Assembly (NCBI RefSeq): GCF_036321535.1
Contig: NC_087439.1
Span: 93,310,001 to 93,374,000, forward strand
From: Camelus dromedarius
Lineage: Eukaryota
DNA: 64,000 bases
Reading direction: 5' to 3'
Shown: one piece after another, positions 47,212 to 58,275 of the stretch
Position numbering within the stretch: position 1 is the stretch's first letter
Layout of the letters: the number at the start of each line of letters is the position of its first letter
Made by a program: the position numbers and the translations under genes
Notes under the pieces: generated by a model
Seen by the model: only the letters and a program-made list of their open reading frames with translations
Told to the model about the DNA's origin: nothing
Databases searched by the model: none

Positions 47212-49722
47212 GTTTTAAAAGTTCACTTTAACCCTAAAAGCATCCACGGAACCTCCAATGGCTGGGAGCCTTTGGCCGTAGCGAAGAAGAGGGAAGCAAT
47301 GCTTATGCTGTCCTGCTGGGGGTCGTTCTTGTCCCTGACTGTTCAGTGTTCAGTCCCTCATTTCTCAACAGCCTCTAGAGCAACATGAAAAATGCCAACC
47401 AGAATGAAGTGCTTGGGTGTCTGGAAATTAGCATTTCCAATCATCTCCAACTCCTCCTAATGAGTCTCAAGCTGTCTTTATGGCAGGTTTAATCACCAAG
47501 TGTCACTGCGCTATCTGTCAAGCCAGGGGGGCTGGCTGTGGTGCTCGTCCTAAGAAAGGGAAAGGCTGGGGCCCTCGAATGGAGCCCAGCAGCCCTTCAG
47601 TCAGGGTCCGCACTGCCACCAACAGCCGTGAGACTTGGGCCCCCAGTGTGACTCGAGTCCCTCAGTTTTAAATAGATAACCCACATCTTCTTACAGACCT
47701 TGGATTCCGTGGCACAGAAGAGAGGAGCCCTGGGCATATACGTGATATAACAGCCCCAAAAATGAGGAAAAAAACCAAATGGGAAGCGGTGTGTTAACAG
47801 CGAGCTTGCTAGGAGCAGCCCACGGAAGCCTGCCTATTCTCCCAGCTCTTCCTGGGTGCGAGTGAGCCCATTTCAAAACGACTCTGCACACCTGTCAAGA
47901 GAGGCTTGACTGTGTGGCCCAAGCGCTGATTCTCGGAAAGCGATTCCGCTCCCACTTCTGAAAGCCCGTGGAACTTGTGTCTCTTTCTAGACATCACCTT
48001 GCTCCAGGCCCAGACCTCCAGTCCGGGAAGCACCACCGGGACTTCTTAAGGGAGAAAGAGCTTGCAGAATCTGTGTGCACCTTGGAGGAAGCCCCATCTC
48101 CTGTCACTTCCAGGTTCCGGCAGATTAACTCCTTGAATTCCTCACTCCGAAGAACTACAAGGCTCTGCCCATTGTACAAGGCAAGTTCTTTTAAGGAGAG
48201 GGAGACAAAGGTAACTTTATAAAGCACAATTTTCATCAGACAGAGGGAGAAAGAAAGACACTATAATTTCATATACTGGAGTTGGAGGGGTCACTCTCAT
48301 GCGCTCCCTGGTCGTACCAGAAGCGTAAGCTGAAATGTTAGTGAAATTGATTTAAATCAGTCCTTGCCCTGGGAGAGAGAAGCCTGGCCGTGTATTGTGC
48401 ATGAACTCTCCAAATGTTCCTTCTGTAGAACGAGCTGATTGTACTACAGAGGGATGACAAAGGGGCTTCAATCCTTGCACCCGCTCTGGACAGTTGTGGG
48501 GGCTTCTTGGCGAGTAGAGAGCAGGGGCCCGGGGGAGGGGGCCTCGCGCAGTGATGACTGCCATGGGGGTGAGCGGCGAGGTACATCCGGCGACGCTCCT
48601 TGGGCGAGATTGCCTCACACGTCTCCTCCAGCCCAGCTGGCTTTTCTGATTCTATCTGCTTCTGCTGATGAAAAAGTGTGAGCTGACTTCATGCACATCC
48701 AGATGTTTCTGCTGCCCGAGTCCCCTGTTCCCTCCATGAGCACAGAATCCCCCGTTTCAGTAACAGGCAGGCCACCGAATTCTCCTTCCTGAGAGTCTAC
48801 TCTGACGGGAGCCCCAGCTCAAAGCCATGCACAATTGTTTGCAAATGACTCAAGAATCTCCATGTTCCTTCACCCCAGGCAGCCTTGCTCTCGGGGTCTT
48901 GGCTCTGGAAAAATTGTGGAAACCTGGGGGAGGTTTTCAATACCCTCCTTGTACCATTTTCAATCAACTGAGAACAGATGCCAGGAACCGATCCTGGTTC
49001 CAAGCAAAGCTTTTACTCACTGAGCAGAGCCTGATAAGGGCTGGATGCAAACAGTCTTGTAAACTCTGCTGAGCCCAGGATGGAACGCCCTGCTCCTCTC
49101 CCTTTTTCTGTAGACAGCACGGCCTTCCCGGCCCCACTTAGGTGCAGGTGAAGACCCTGGATGCCAGGGAGCAGAGGCTGGCATCCCCCGGGGCAGGACT
49201 TCGCTGTCTGCTCACTGGTGAAACGCAACACAGGCTCCCCTTTAAGGAATAGGACCTGGGAGGGAGAAGCTGGTCTCCCTGTTTGACACACCCCAGAGTA
49301 AAATGAAACACTCAGGTCAGCATATCCAGCTCGGAGGGAAGGGGCAAGACTAAAGACTTCACACCAGAGCATCTCAGAGCCAGGAGCTGTGGGAGGCAGG
49401 GAAAGGACACAGGAGAGAAAGCAAAGAGTTTCCCTGCAGGATTCAGCGGGTGCCCTGTGCTCCTACAATCAGGAGCTGCTTGCTCCAGTCTGAGAGGTGA
49501 GGCTGGGAAGCCTGTGGCCTGCGTGGATGACACAGGCCATTCCAGGTTTAGTCCCCGCCCTGATGAATCCCAGCACAGAGAGCCGTGTCCCCCTCCCCTC
49601 CCCCGCCATGAAGCCCCCTAGCAGAAACCTCCGCCCTCTCCTCCCAATGGTGGGAAGAGGATGCAGGCCAGGTACCAGAGGGCCAAGACTGCGCCCTGTG
49701 CAGGCAGCATTCTAGGTGGTGA

Positions 49723-50253
49723 TGTCGGGGGTTTAGAGAAGTGGGGGCCCCGGGCAGATGGGTGGAGGAGAGGGAGGATGGTCCGGAAGATGGCTGTGTG
49801 CCCACCTCCAGCATAATGGGGCTTTGCTTCTTCTAAATGAGCACCAGCAAGAAAAACAAACAAACAAAAAACTGGCTAAAACCCAACAGCCATGACTGCG
49901 CAGTAGCAGAAGGACTTAACTGGACATGACTTAACCCCACTTCTCCGCACGGGTTTTTCTGTGCACACCATGGGCAAGGACGTGCACGAAGGGGCCAGAT
50001 GACTAAGCACTTCAGGGACAAGGGCCGTCAATCAGTCGAGAGACCACCTGTGAGCGAGGGTAGAGAGAAAGGGGCGACCCGAACCCCCGCTTCTCCCCCC
50101 TCGGGTCACCGCCTCCCGTTCTTGGGGGTGCACTTTTCCTTTCTTTTTAAATAAATCTTTTAAAATCTGTCGCTACACAATGCACCGTCTCCCGACTGTA
50201 AACTTCTCCTTTGGGTGCGACAAGAATTGGGGTCTTCACCTTTAGGGCTAACA
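49723..50253 (+). mobile_element. CpG-rich ERV solo LTR, family not recognised
   Basis: Ends ...gggctaaca; AATAAA at 50150-50155 followed by U5-like sequence; 5' boundary uncertain; no primer binding site after the 3' end. Confidence 0.6.
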
Positions 50254-51964
50254 GTTCTCTTGTGGCAACACCCTCATTATGCACAATTACGAAGACAATG
50301 AAAATCACAGCTACGCAGGAAAAGTTTTCAAAATTCAGAAATAAGGCAAAAAAGATGATCTCATTACTTTTACTATTAGGCTCAACGAGTTTCTGATGAG
50401 CTTGTCTGAAGGTCATCTGACTCTGAGGGAACATGCTGGTTGGATTAACAGCTTGACACGGCCGGGTTTCTGGAGGAGAACTGAGGAGGTTTGATGACTG
50501 ACCCACTAGACAAGACCACCCTGCAGGGTGGAGTTTAATTGCCCTGCAGGAATATGAACCAGTTTCGTGCCTAGAACACCAACCATGTTTTCAGCGTCCC
50601 TCTGCTCACTGACTGCATGTCTTGTGTCCACATAGCTCTTCAAACCAGGTCTGTTATCCACCGGTTTCCTCACCTGTGGGTTCAGCACAACTCTCCCGTG
50701 AGATTGTTATCTACTCATATTAGAATTATGATTTTAACCACTTAAGAATCATCCTTAATGAAGGATTTGTTATCATTTCTGAAAATGCTAAAAATGTGAT
50801 ATTCATTTACAGATCTATCCATAGAACTAAAGGCAATCTCTCTTTTGCTGGAATATATTTATCCATTTATGTGCCCAATTCTTTAATGCATCTGTCCATC
50901 ATCTGCCTATTCAGAACTACCCTTTAAAAATTCCATCCTGGCTTCTGCTCCTTACTAACCCCATGACTTTCAGCAGGACATACATGCTAAAAGGCTTGTT
51001 TTCTCATTTGTGAAATGGGAATATCCGGGAGCTGGAGAGAAACATAAAAGTGAATGTGTATATAAAGATTTTGGAGCAGCACCTGGCTCCTATCCTTACT
51101 CAATAAACATTTGTATTAATACCTGTAAGTCCAAAGATAAATATGTAGTAAAAATGGGAAGGAAATTTGACAAAATACAAACAAGGGTTATCTTGGGACT
51201 AATGGTGTTTGCTCTTGACGAAGGCTTGGAAATCGTCATTCAGTCCTTATAACAAAACGCTGGACAAATGGAAAAGGAATGATTGATCTCGGACACATCA
51301 GAGGACTGAGGTTGTAAGCAGTAGGCCACCCTAAATCTGGAAAAACAGGAGATTCGGGAGGGCCACAGAGATCAGCTTATCTGGGGCAGAAGCTGCTGGA
51401 GCCGTCAACTGAGAGGACACTTGAGTGGGGATTTGGATGAGTTGCTGGAGGCTGAGCATGAATACATCAGAGAGTGAAATTCCTGGAGGCTGCAGTCAGG
51501 GGGCTCTCACGCTTTTGTGGGTTTTAGCTGCAGGAGCCCTCCAGGTTCTCACGGTGAAGATCTGAGCACAATCTCTTGGCTCTGGTAATCATTGTGAAAT
51601 CTGCTCAGACGTTTCCTAGCAAAGCCGTCCTCCCCAGGGGAAAATACTCTGCCAGAGCTTCTGAAACATTATCCCGACTTGGGGAAATGTGTTCCTCCCA
51701 CTCAAGTCCCCATTAGCTTTCTTGCCTCCCATCCAAGGGAGAAGGAAAACAGACAACAGGGAGGGGTCAGGGCTTCACGGGAAGAGACTGAGAATGTTCT
51801 ACCTGGGGAAGGGAGTAGGAGGTAGGGGAAAACCCACAGCCCTGGAGTGACACGTGCAAGGGTCCGCTAAGGCACAGGCCCACTGGGAGATTGAGATTTA
51901 ATCCTTAAATTATAGAATGCGCCTCCTCCCCACTCTAACAGGCCCCCAGGATGATAACAGTGGA

Positions 51965-52050
51965 GGACAATATGTGCAGGACCGGGACATTGTGCTGTAA
52001 ACCAGAAATTGATACACTGTAACTGACTGCACTTCAACTTAAAAACAAAA
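51965..52050 (+). mobile_element. Very short young L1 3' stub with TSD
   Basis: gggacattgtgctgtaaaccagaaattgatacactgtaactgactgcacttcaact plus A tail; 11-bp TSD ataacagtgga (51954-51964) / ataacaatgga (52051-52061). Confidence 0.8.
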
Positions 52051-52221
52051 ATAACAATGGATAACAGAGGACAGAGCTGAAGACACACTCTCCGAGGAGG
52101 AATGCTTACAGACGCCCAGGGTCAAGAGAGGAGACAGAGAAAGAGAAAGAAACAGAGTAGCAAATAGAAAATAGTTACAGACATGACAGATGTTAATCCA
52201 TCTGTATCAAGAATCACTTTT

Positions 52222-52702
52222 TGTTACAGCAAAGTGTGTTACAGCTCAGTGTGACCGCAACCTGGATGCTGGAGAGAGACCAAGCAATACTCGGAGGGTT
52301 GGAGAACTCAGGTTTACTATGCCAGCAGGCCCAGAGGAGTTAACACTCCAAGCTCTGGACCCTGTCTGTAGATTTACACGGGCTTTTATAGTCTGCCAGT
52401 CTACACTTTGCAACATCATATGCAAATAAGGTGTAATAAAGTGGACCAAACAAGAATGAGCTTTATGCAAATGAGGTGTTAGAAATGGACCAATCAGGAG
52501 TGATAGAAATGGACCAGTCAGGAGTGAGCTTCAGGAGCCAATAGAATCTTAGGGGTAAGTTCTGCTTTCCTAGAAGCAAACCATTTTACAGAAGCAAAAA
52601 ATGAGATGATGCTGCCAGGCCAGAGAACCGGATGGCACTGGTAGGAAAGTAGTGGCCCTGCCTGGGGGTCCTGCCAGTCTTTTCATGGGGCTTCCCACCT
52701 CA
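52222..52702 (-). mobile_element. ERV1-class solo LTR inserted in L1
   Basis: TG...CA termini; 4-bp TSD tttt (52218-52221, 52703-52706) and the host L1 rejoins across it; minus-strand TATAAAA at 52384-52390; CCAAT boxes. Confidence 0.9.
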
Positions 52703-54439
52703 TTTTAACTGTGAAAGGTCTAAACAAGTCAGTTAAAAGATAGATTGTCAGAATGGATTGAAAAGAAAACATACTCAACTATATACTGTCTACAAGAAAA
52801 CCACTTTAAATATGAAAACTCAGGCTAAAAGTAAAGGGTGGAGAAAGACAGACCACGCTAACACTAATCAAAAGTAAACTGGACTAGTTCTGTTCACTTC
52901 AGATCAATTTCTGGACGTCAGAGCCAGGAAATTATCAGGGATCAAGTAGGGCATTTCAACCTGAAAAGGGGTGAATTTTCCAAGAAGACAGAAGCCTCAG
53001 AGCATATGCACCTGAGAGCAGAGCATCAGCGTACATGAGGACCTCCTCTGGTTGCCGTGTTATGAGTCATTTTATTTTATTTTCCAGATACTCTCCAGCA
53101 AGCATGTGTTAGTTTAAAAAAAGCAGATCTGACACCTTCCCCACGTGGCTTGCCACCACTTCCTGTGATGGCAAGTGGCGGAAGGCTGGAAGACTGTGGT
53201 GACAGCAGCCCAGGAGGTCGGATGTCCACTCAAAGATACTTTAAGAGCTGGTCTTTGCACTTGCAAGTTCACCTTGTCTGGGAGAAGAGCGGGAGCCCAG
53301 CCTGAACAGATGGGCTCGCAGAGGGTGCTCCCTGCCTCAGAAACCTCGGAGTACTGTCGCCTAAAACCCAGTTCTCTACAGCAGGTTTCCCTGTTCACTC
53401 CAAGGGCCTCACAGACACGTTCAGGGAAAGCATTTGAGCACAGTTGTCACGGAAGCGCAGTCACAGAATGAGGAGTAGAGGCCAGGAAACGTGTCTGCTG
53501 CACACACTTGACCTTCAGAAGGACTTCAGCACCAGCACAAGGCCAGCAGGTGGTCTGCAGTTGCCGGAGGGGCTGCGTGGCCAGTGGCTGGGCGCTCTGG
53601 CTCCTTGTCGCCTGCTCCTGGGCATCAGATGGTGCTAATTAAACAGCAAAAGCTGGTTCTGGGGGAGTTTCTAATTCCTGAGAAGTCTTAAATTTTGAGC
53701 TATGATGCCAAGTCCCAGCTCTGGTGAAAAATAGCAAACTCTTGTCCTCAAAAATAGGTATCCAAAGTCCTGTCTTGTTGAATGAAAATTAAATTTGGAG
53801 ACACAGACCTCACATGCTAAAATTTCGGTTAAGAGGAAGATTTGAGAAATAAACGTTTGAGGTTCAGATATGTTTCCAGCCAACTGTAAGTCAATCAAAA
53901 GATATTTTGCTTTAGTTCTTGTTGATTTAAAAAAAATTTATTCCTGCTTTTTTTTCCCAACTTTGTTCACATCCAACCTTTTTTTATTGTGGAGGAATTA
54001 AGTCCTTGCAGTGAGTTGTGGCTGCGGTTGTGGCTGCCACACTCCATGTACCTGTTTCGTCATACACTTCCATCACTGAGGATGAGAGTTAAATGAATAT
54101 GTGCTAATCCCAGGATTTATCATAAATTTTTAGAATCCCTTATATCAATGTATTCAGTTATAATCCCACTTTATCCTGAAAGTAGACTGCAAATATGCCA
54201 AATCAGTAATGGCATCACTCTGCTTTTACTGATACAGCCTTTCCATCAAAACATGCCCAGCAGTCTAAGGCCTGGAGCTGAGAACACACATTCCCCCTCT
54301 GTCCATGCCGAAGCTGCTACAGCAGCTTTGTGCCCAGACGCCAGGCAAGGGTGGAGGGCTTGGTTTCCAGCCCTGGTCCTCAAAGAGTTTAAAACCATTC
54401 TTTCATTTAGCAGACACCCGCCAGGCAGCCTCCGGGTGC

Positions 54440-54720
54440 CAGGCAATGTTTTAGGCACCAACAATTCAGTGACTGTGACTCTGTAGGTCTCTGCTCTGTG
54501 GAGTTTCCACTCTAGCTGAGAAGATAGCTAATGACCGATTAGACAAATGAGTGAAAGATCATTGGTGACATGATGAGCCCTGCAGTGGAAATTACGCAGG
54601 GTCAGGACAGAGAGATGCGTGATGGGACAGGTGGTGGCGGCTCAGTTAAGATGCTCAGAGGAGATGCTTATGGAGGAGGGAGGGAAGCACTGAGTTGAGG
54701 TTGACAAGAAGCCCATTGTG
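54440..54720 (-). mobile_element. L2 3' fragment
   Basis: gtgccaggcaatgttttaggcacc...tctctgctctgtggagtttccactctagctgagaagata...cagaggagatgcttatggaggaggg. Confidence 0.65.
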
Positions 54721-56006
54721 CAAGGACTGGGAGAAAGAAGGGGAAACTGAGCCCAGGAGCTGTGTGCACAGCAGGCTCAGCTGTGTGAGGACAGGCCCCA
54801 CCGTGAACAAGAGAACTGTGGGGAGGAGTCTGCACGTCGCTTGCGTATCTGTGTTCCTCAACAAACAAACCACCAAGAGGTTAGACAGTGTTGAACTTGA
54901 GACACGCACGGGGATGTGAGAATTGCCGGGAGAAGGCCAACTGATGGTCAACACAAAGACCTCGTGGGATGGCCTTACTTTGGCAACCGTGCAGCAACGG
55001 GCTGGTCTTTGCCTGTAGAGCTTGCTCCCCGGTCTTGGGCGCAGCCCAGGAGTGTGGGCACAGCCAGGGTGGGGGGAGGAAGTGGCTTCAAAACCCAAGG
55101 GGGAGGGGAGAGGGGGATGAATTCAGAAGCTTCCCCCCACCCACTTCTGTCCAAAAGAGAGTAGAGAGGGAGAGCGGGTGGTTCTTCCAGGACCTGGTCC
55201 TCCCATAGTTCCTCCAGGGAAGGGCAGCAGAATCCGGGGGGACCTTGCGTGGGGTCTGAGGTTTCACCAAAGCACCTCAGTGCCACCAGAGGAGAGCCAC
55301 GAAAGGGAGGGGGTTCTGGGCATTTGGCCCTGACATTTGGTGGCTACATGAGTAGAGACAATGGAGCCAGCTTCTTGTCTGAGGTCCTTCCCATGATTAG
55401 GGAGTGAATGGCCTGCAGCCAATGCCCCTGTCAAGAGAAGGCTGAGGGTCTTGGTACCTCTGTGTTTCAGGGGGTTCCTATTGGTGTCTCCTGGGGAAGC
55501 CCAGAGCCTTCAAAGGGGCAGAAGTCATAGGGCTGTGCAGCAAGATATTCAGCCATGCCATGGAGCCCCCCTTGGAGAAGGGCCAGGTCCTGGCTGCCAT
55601 GGTGGGCCTCTGAGGAGAGGGGCAAAAAGGGGTGCTTCTCCATGGAACCAGCGCAGGACTGATGCCAAACCCACCCTAGATCAATCCACACACCCCTTAG
55701 GTCAAGAGCACCACCTTGAGGGTTCACCAGCCTTTCCCTGCCAGGGTCCCAGGGCAAGAGTCATGTGAGCACAGTTAGGGCTTGGCTGCTGGGAAGCCTG
55801 GGGGTCCAGGGCAGAGGGTACAGCGAGTCAGTGAGAGAAGAGCTTGGGCCCGTAAACTGGGACCACCAGGACTGATTGGGAACGAAAAGTGAGCTGCAGG
55901 TATGGGCTCCAGCTGGTGGATTTCGCAAGAAAATGGTAGTCATGACGACAGGGAAAGGGGCCATCGTGTCATGTTTCTACCGCAGCAGTGAGTTATGCTT
56001 CTCAGA

Positions 56007-56142
56007 TTTTTGTTTGTTTGTTTTCTTTTGCGGGGGAAGGTAATTAGGTTTGTTTGTTTGTTTTAAATGGAGGTGCTGGGGATGGAACCCGGGACCTCAT
56101 GCATGCTAAGTATGTGCTCCACCCCTGAGCTACACTCTCCCC
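56007..56142 (-). mobile_element. Camelid-type tRNA-derived SINE (vic-1-like)
   Basis: Minus strand ggggagagtgtagctcaggggtggagcacatacttagcatgcatgaggtcccgggttccatccccagcacctccatt...acctaattacc + A-rich tail; Pol III A box and B box recognisable. Confidence 0.88.
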
Positions 56143-58169
56143 AGCTCAGGCTGCTTTTTCTAAGTGGCCCCAGAGCCAGCTGCCTTCCCACTGGCAGGCT
56201 GCTCCTGAGACAGGCGAATATTCCAGCTCTCAGCACGTCTTTGCAGGTCTCTGATGTCAACCTCTATGCATGGATTGTTTCATTTTAACCTCAGGGCTCA
56301 GGAAGTTGTCTATTTTTATTGCATGGACAGATAGTTTGATGATTTCACAATTTTTTTTTTTTTAAAAAGTGGGCCACCTCAAGCCCTGCCTGTAGGGCTC
56401 TTTTGGGGCTGCTGGCTGGGCCGCTGCCCAGGCTCAGGGGAGCCGCATGCTCTTTGCAGAGCTTGGTCCTGGGAAGGAGCAGGCCTGGGTCAATTCTGTT
56501 AGCAAAGCTTCTCTTTTGCAAAGTTTTAGTTCAATTTGTTTATTGTACTTAGTCTGTTCTTTGAGCGTCTGGGATTAGCATTTTATCTTGCCTTATATCG
56601 AGCTCTTTGAAGTAGTTTTTGGTTTCTCAATCAGTTCATGACTATTAAATTTTGTCTTTATCTCACTGTTTTTATATTTGGCTACAGACCTGCCACCTTC
56701 GATGTAAATGTGTTTGGCCCTCTGCCTGTGGGTCCAGGCTTCAGCCCTCTCTTCCCTCTAGAGCTGGGCTCATTGTCATGTGCTTTCCCACTGGACCCCC
56801 ATCACTTTAATTACCCATCTCCCATTTAGTCCATCCTGTTATTGTTTAATTACGACATGGAGATTTTGTTCTTGATCTGAGGAATTCTAGTCATGGAGGT
56901 CTGGTGGCAGGGTGACAGAGGCGGGAGACTGCCATCCGGCTCTGAACACCACCACGCCCGTTTCATCAAGAAGCCAAGCGAAAAATACAAAGAACAGATC
57001 CTTGTCACGTTCATCCAGGATCTCAGAAATGGGTCTCGTGATAGTGACTGGGCAACATTTATTTCTGTGAGAGCCAGAAAGAGCAGAAGCTAAGGAATTT
57101 GCTCGTAGAGTGCTGGTCTTTTGAAAATGTATAATACAGAATCCAGGAGGGAAAATGCAGGTGCAGCATGGGTTGTCGCGAAGAAGACACTGATAAACAA
57201 ACCCTCTTCTTTTCAGTCTATTCATTTTAAGACTTAGGTTATTATCTGAACAGAAGGGGGCAGACATAGGAGGAGGTCGGAGAAGCTATTTTCAAAAATG
57301 GGCAATAGTTCACTTGTAAAATCATGAGTTGAGTCACCTTCCCCAGGTCAGACTTTGAATGGGACAGTCAGTCTGCTTTCCTGCTGTCAAAGGCACTGCC
57401 AGGTCCATGGAACCACCAGGGATCCTGTTGTCTAAGCCAGGATTTGCCTCTCTGATTAAGCTCCAGATTCAAGGAGGCCTTGGCCCAACAAGGAGATCCG
57501 ACTTCACCAGGAACCGGCATCATTTCATTTTGGTCACTTGGACAATATACCTTAGACCGGCTCCAGCAGCGCCATTCCAGAATGTTGTGTTTTAACTCCT
57601 AAGAGAGATAAAAGTCTCCAGAAACCTTGCGAAAAAGCCACGATGCTGAAGAGTCAGAAGTTTCCCATCTGTATACGTGAGTACTTCTAAGGGTTAGATG
57701 TTTCGCTACAGAGTGTGATGGCGATTAAGATGGTAGGAAAAACGTTCATAACCATAAAGGGAGAGAAATTGAAGGGCATCGCTGTCTGTGGACAGAAAAT
57801 GGAAAAATAAATGGGTCTGATTCTCGCTCTGGCAGTTCGAGGGGAAATTTTTCGAAGTAATGAAGGGAACTAAAATGAGATAGGGTGAGAAATTGACTCA
57901 AAAATTGAAAAACATCCATCTGTGTCCTGCGTAATAAGAAATTCCGGACGTCGATTAGAGTCTTCACATTGCTGTCATGTCCTCTCTATAGCGTCTTCAA
58001 ACATTTATTACACAGAGGTGGAAAATTTTATAGGCAAAACATACTACCAAAAAGAACATTGGGTTGTAACAAAAATAAAAACAGCTTCTGTTTTGTGTAT
58101 GCAGCGTGCCCAGCACTCCCCTAAATGTCTTCAATTGACTGTCACTTCATCCTCGCCACAGCTCGGTTG

Positions 58170-58275
58170 CTACCGACAAGAATATGAAACTGAGAGGTTC
58201 AGGTCCTCGTTCAAGACCACGCAGCTCGTAACTGGCAAAACAAGGCTCTGAAATAAGGGTCTCGGAACACAGGTG
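58170..58275 (-). mobile_element. MIR fragment
   Basis: gaaactgagaggttcaggtcctcgttcaagaccacgcagctcgtaactggca. Confidence 0.6.

Larger units (their letters stand above)
51280..53035 (+). mobile_element. Old L1M-type element (5' region, then ORF2 start), internally deleted and twice interrupted
   Basis: gggggctctcacgcttttgtgggttttagctgcaggagccctccaggttctcacggtgaagatc (5' region); tatcaagaatcacttt|aactgtgaaaggtctaaac...gattgtcagaatggattg (ORF2 ISIITLNVNGL-like). Confidence 0.7.

Noticed and set aside
48348-48359. 12-bp palindrome tgatttaaatca
   Set aside because: Around 15 such palindromes are expected at random in 64 kb
48551-48649. Box C (gtgatga) and box D (ctga) at snoRNA-like spacing
   Set aside because: No terminal stem and no recognisable rRNA or snRNA guide; both motifs are frequent
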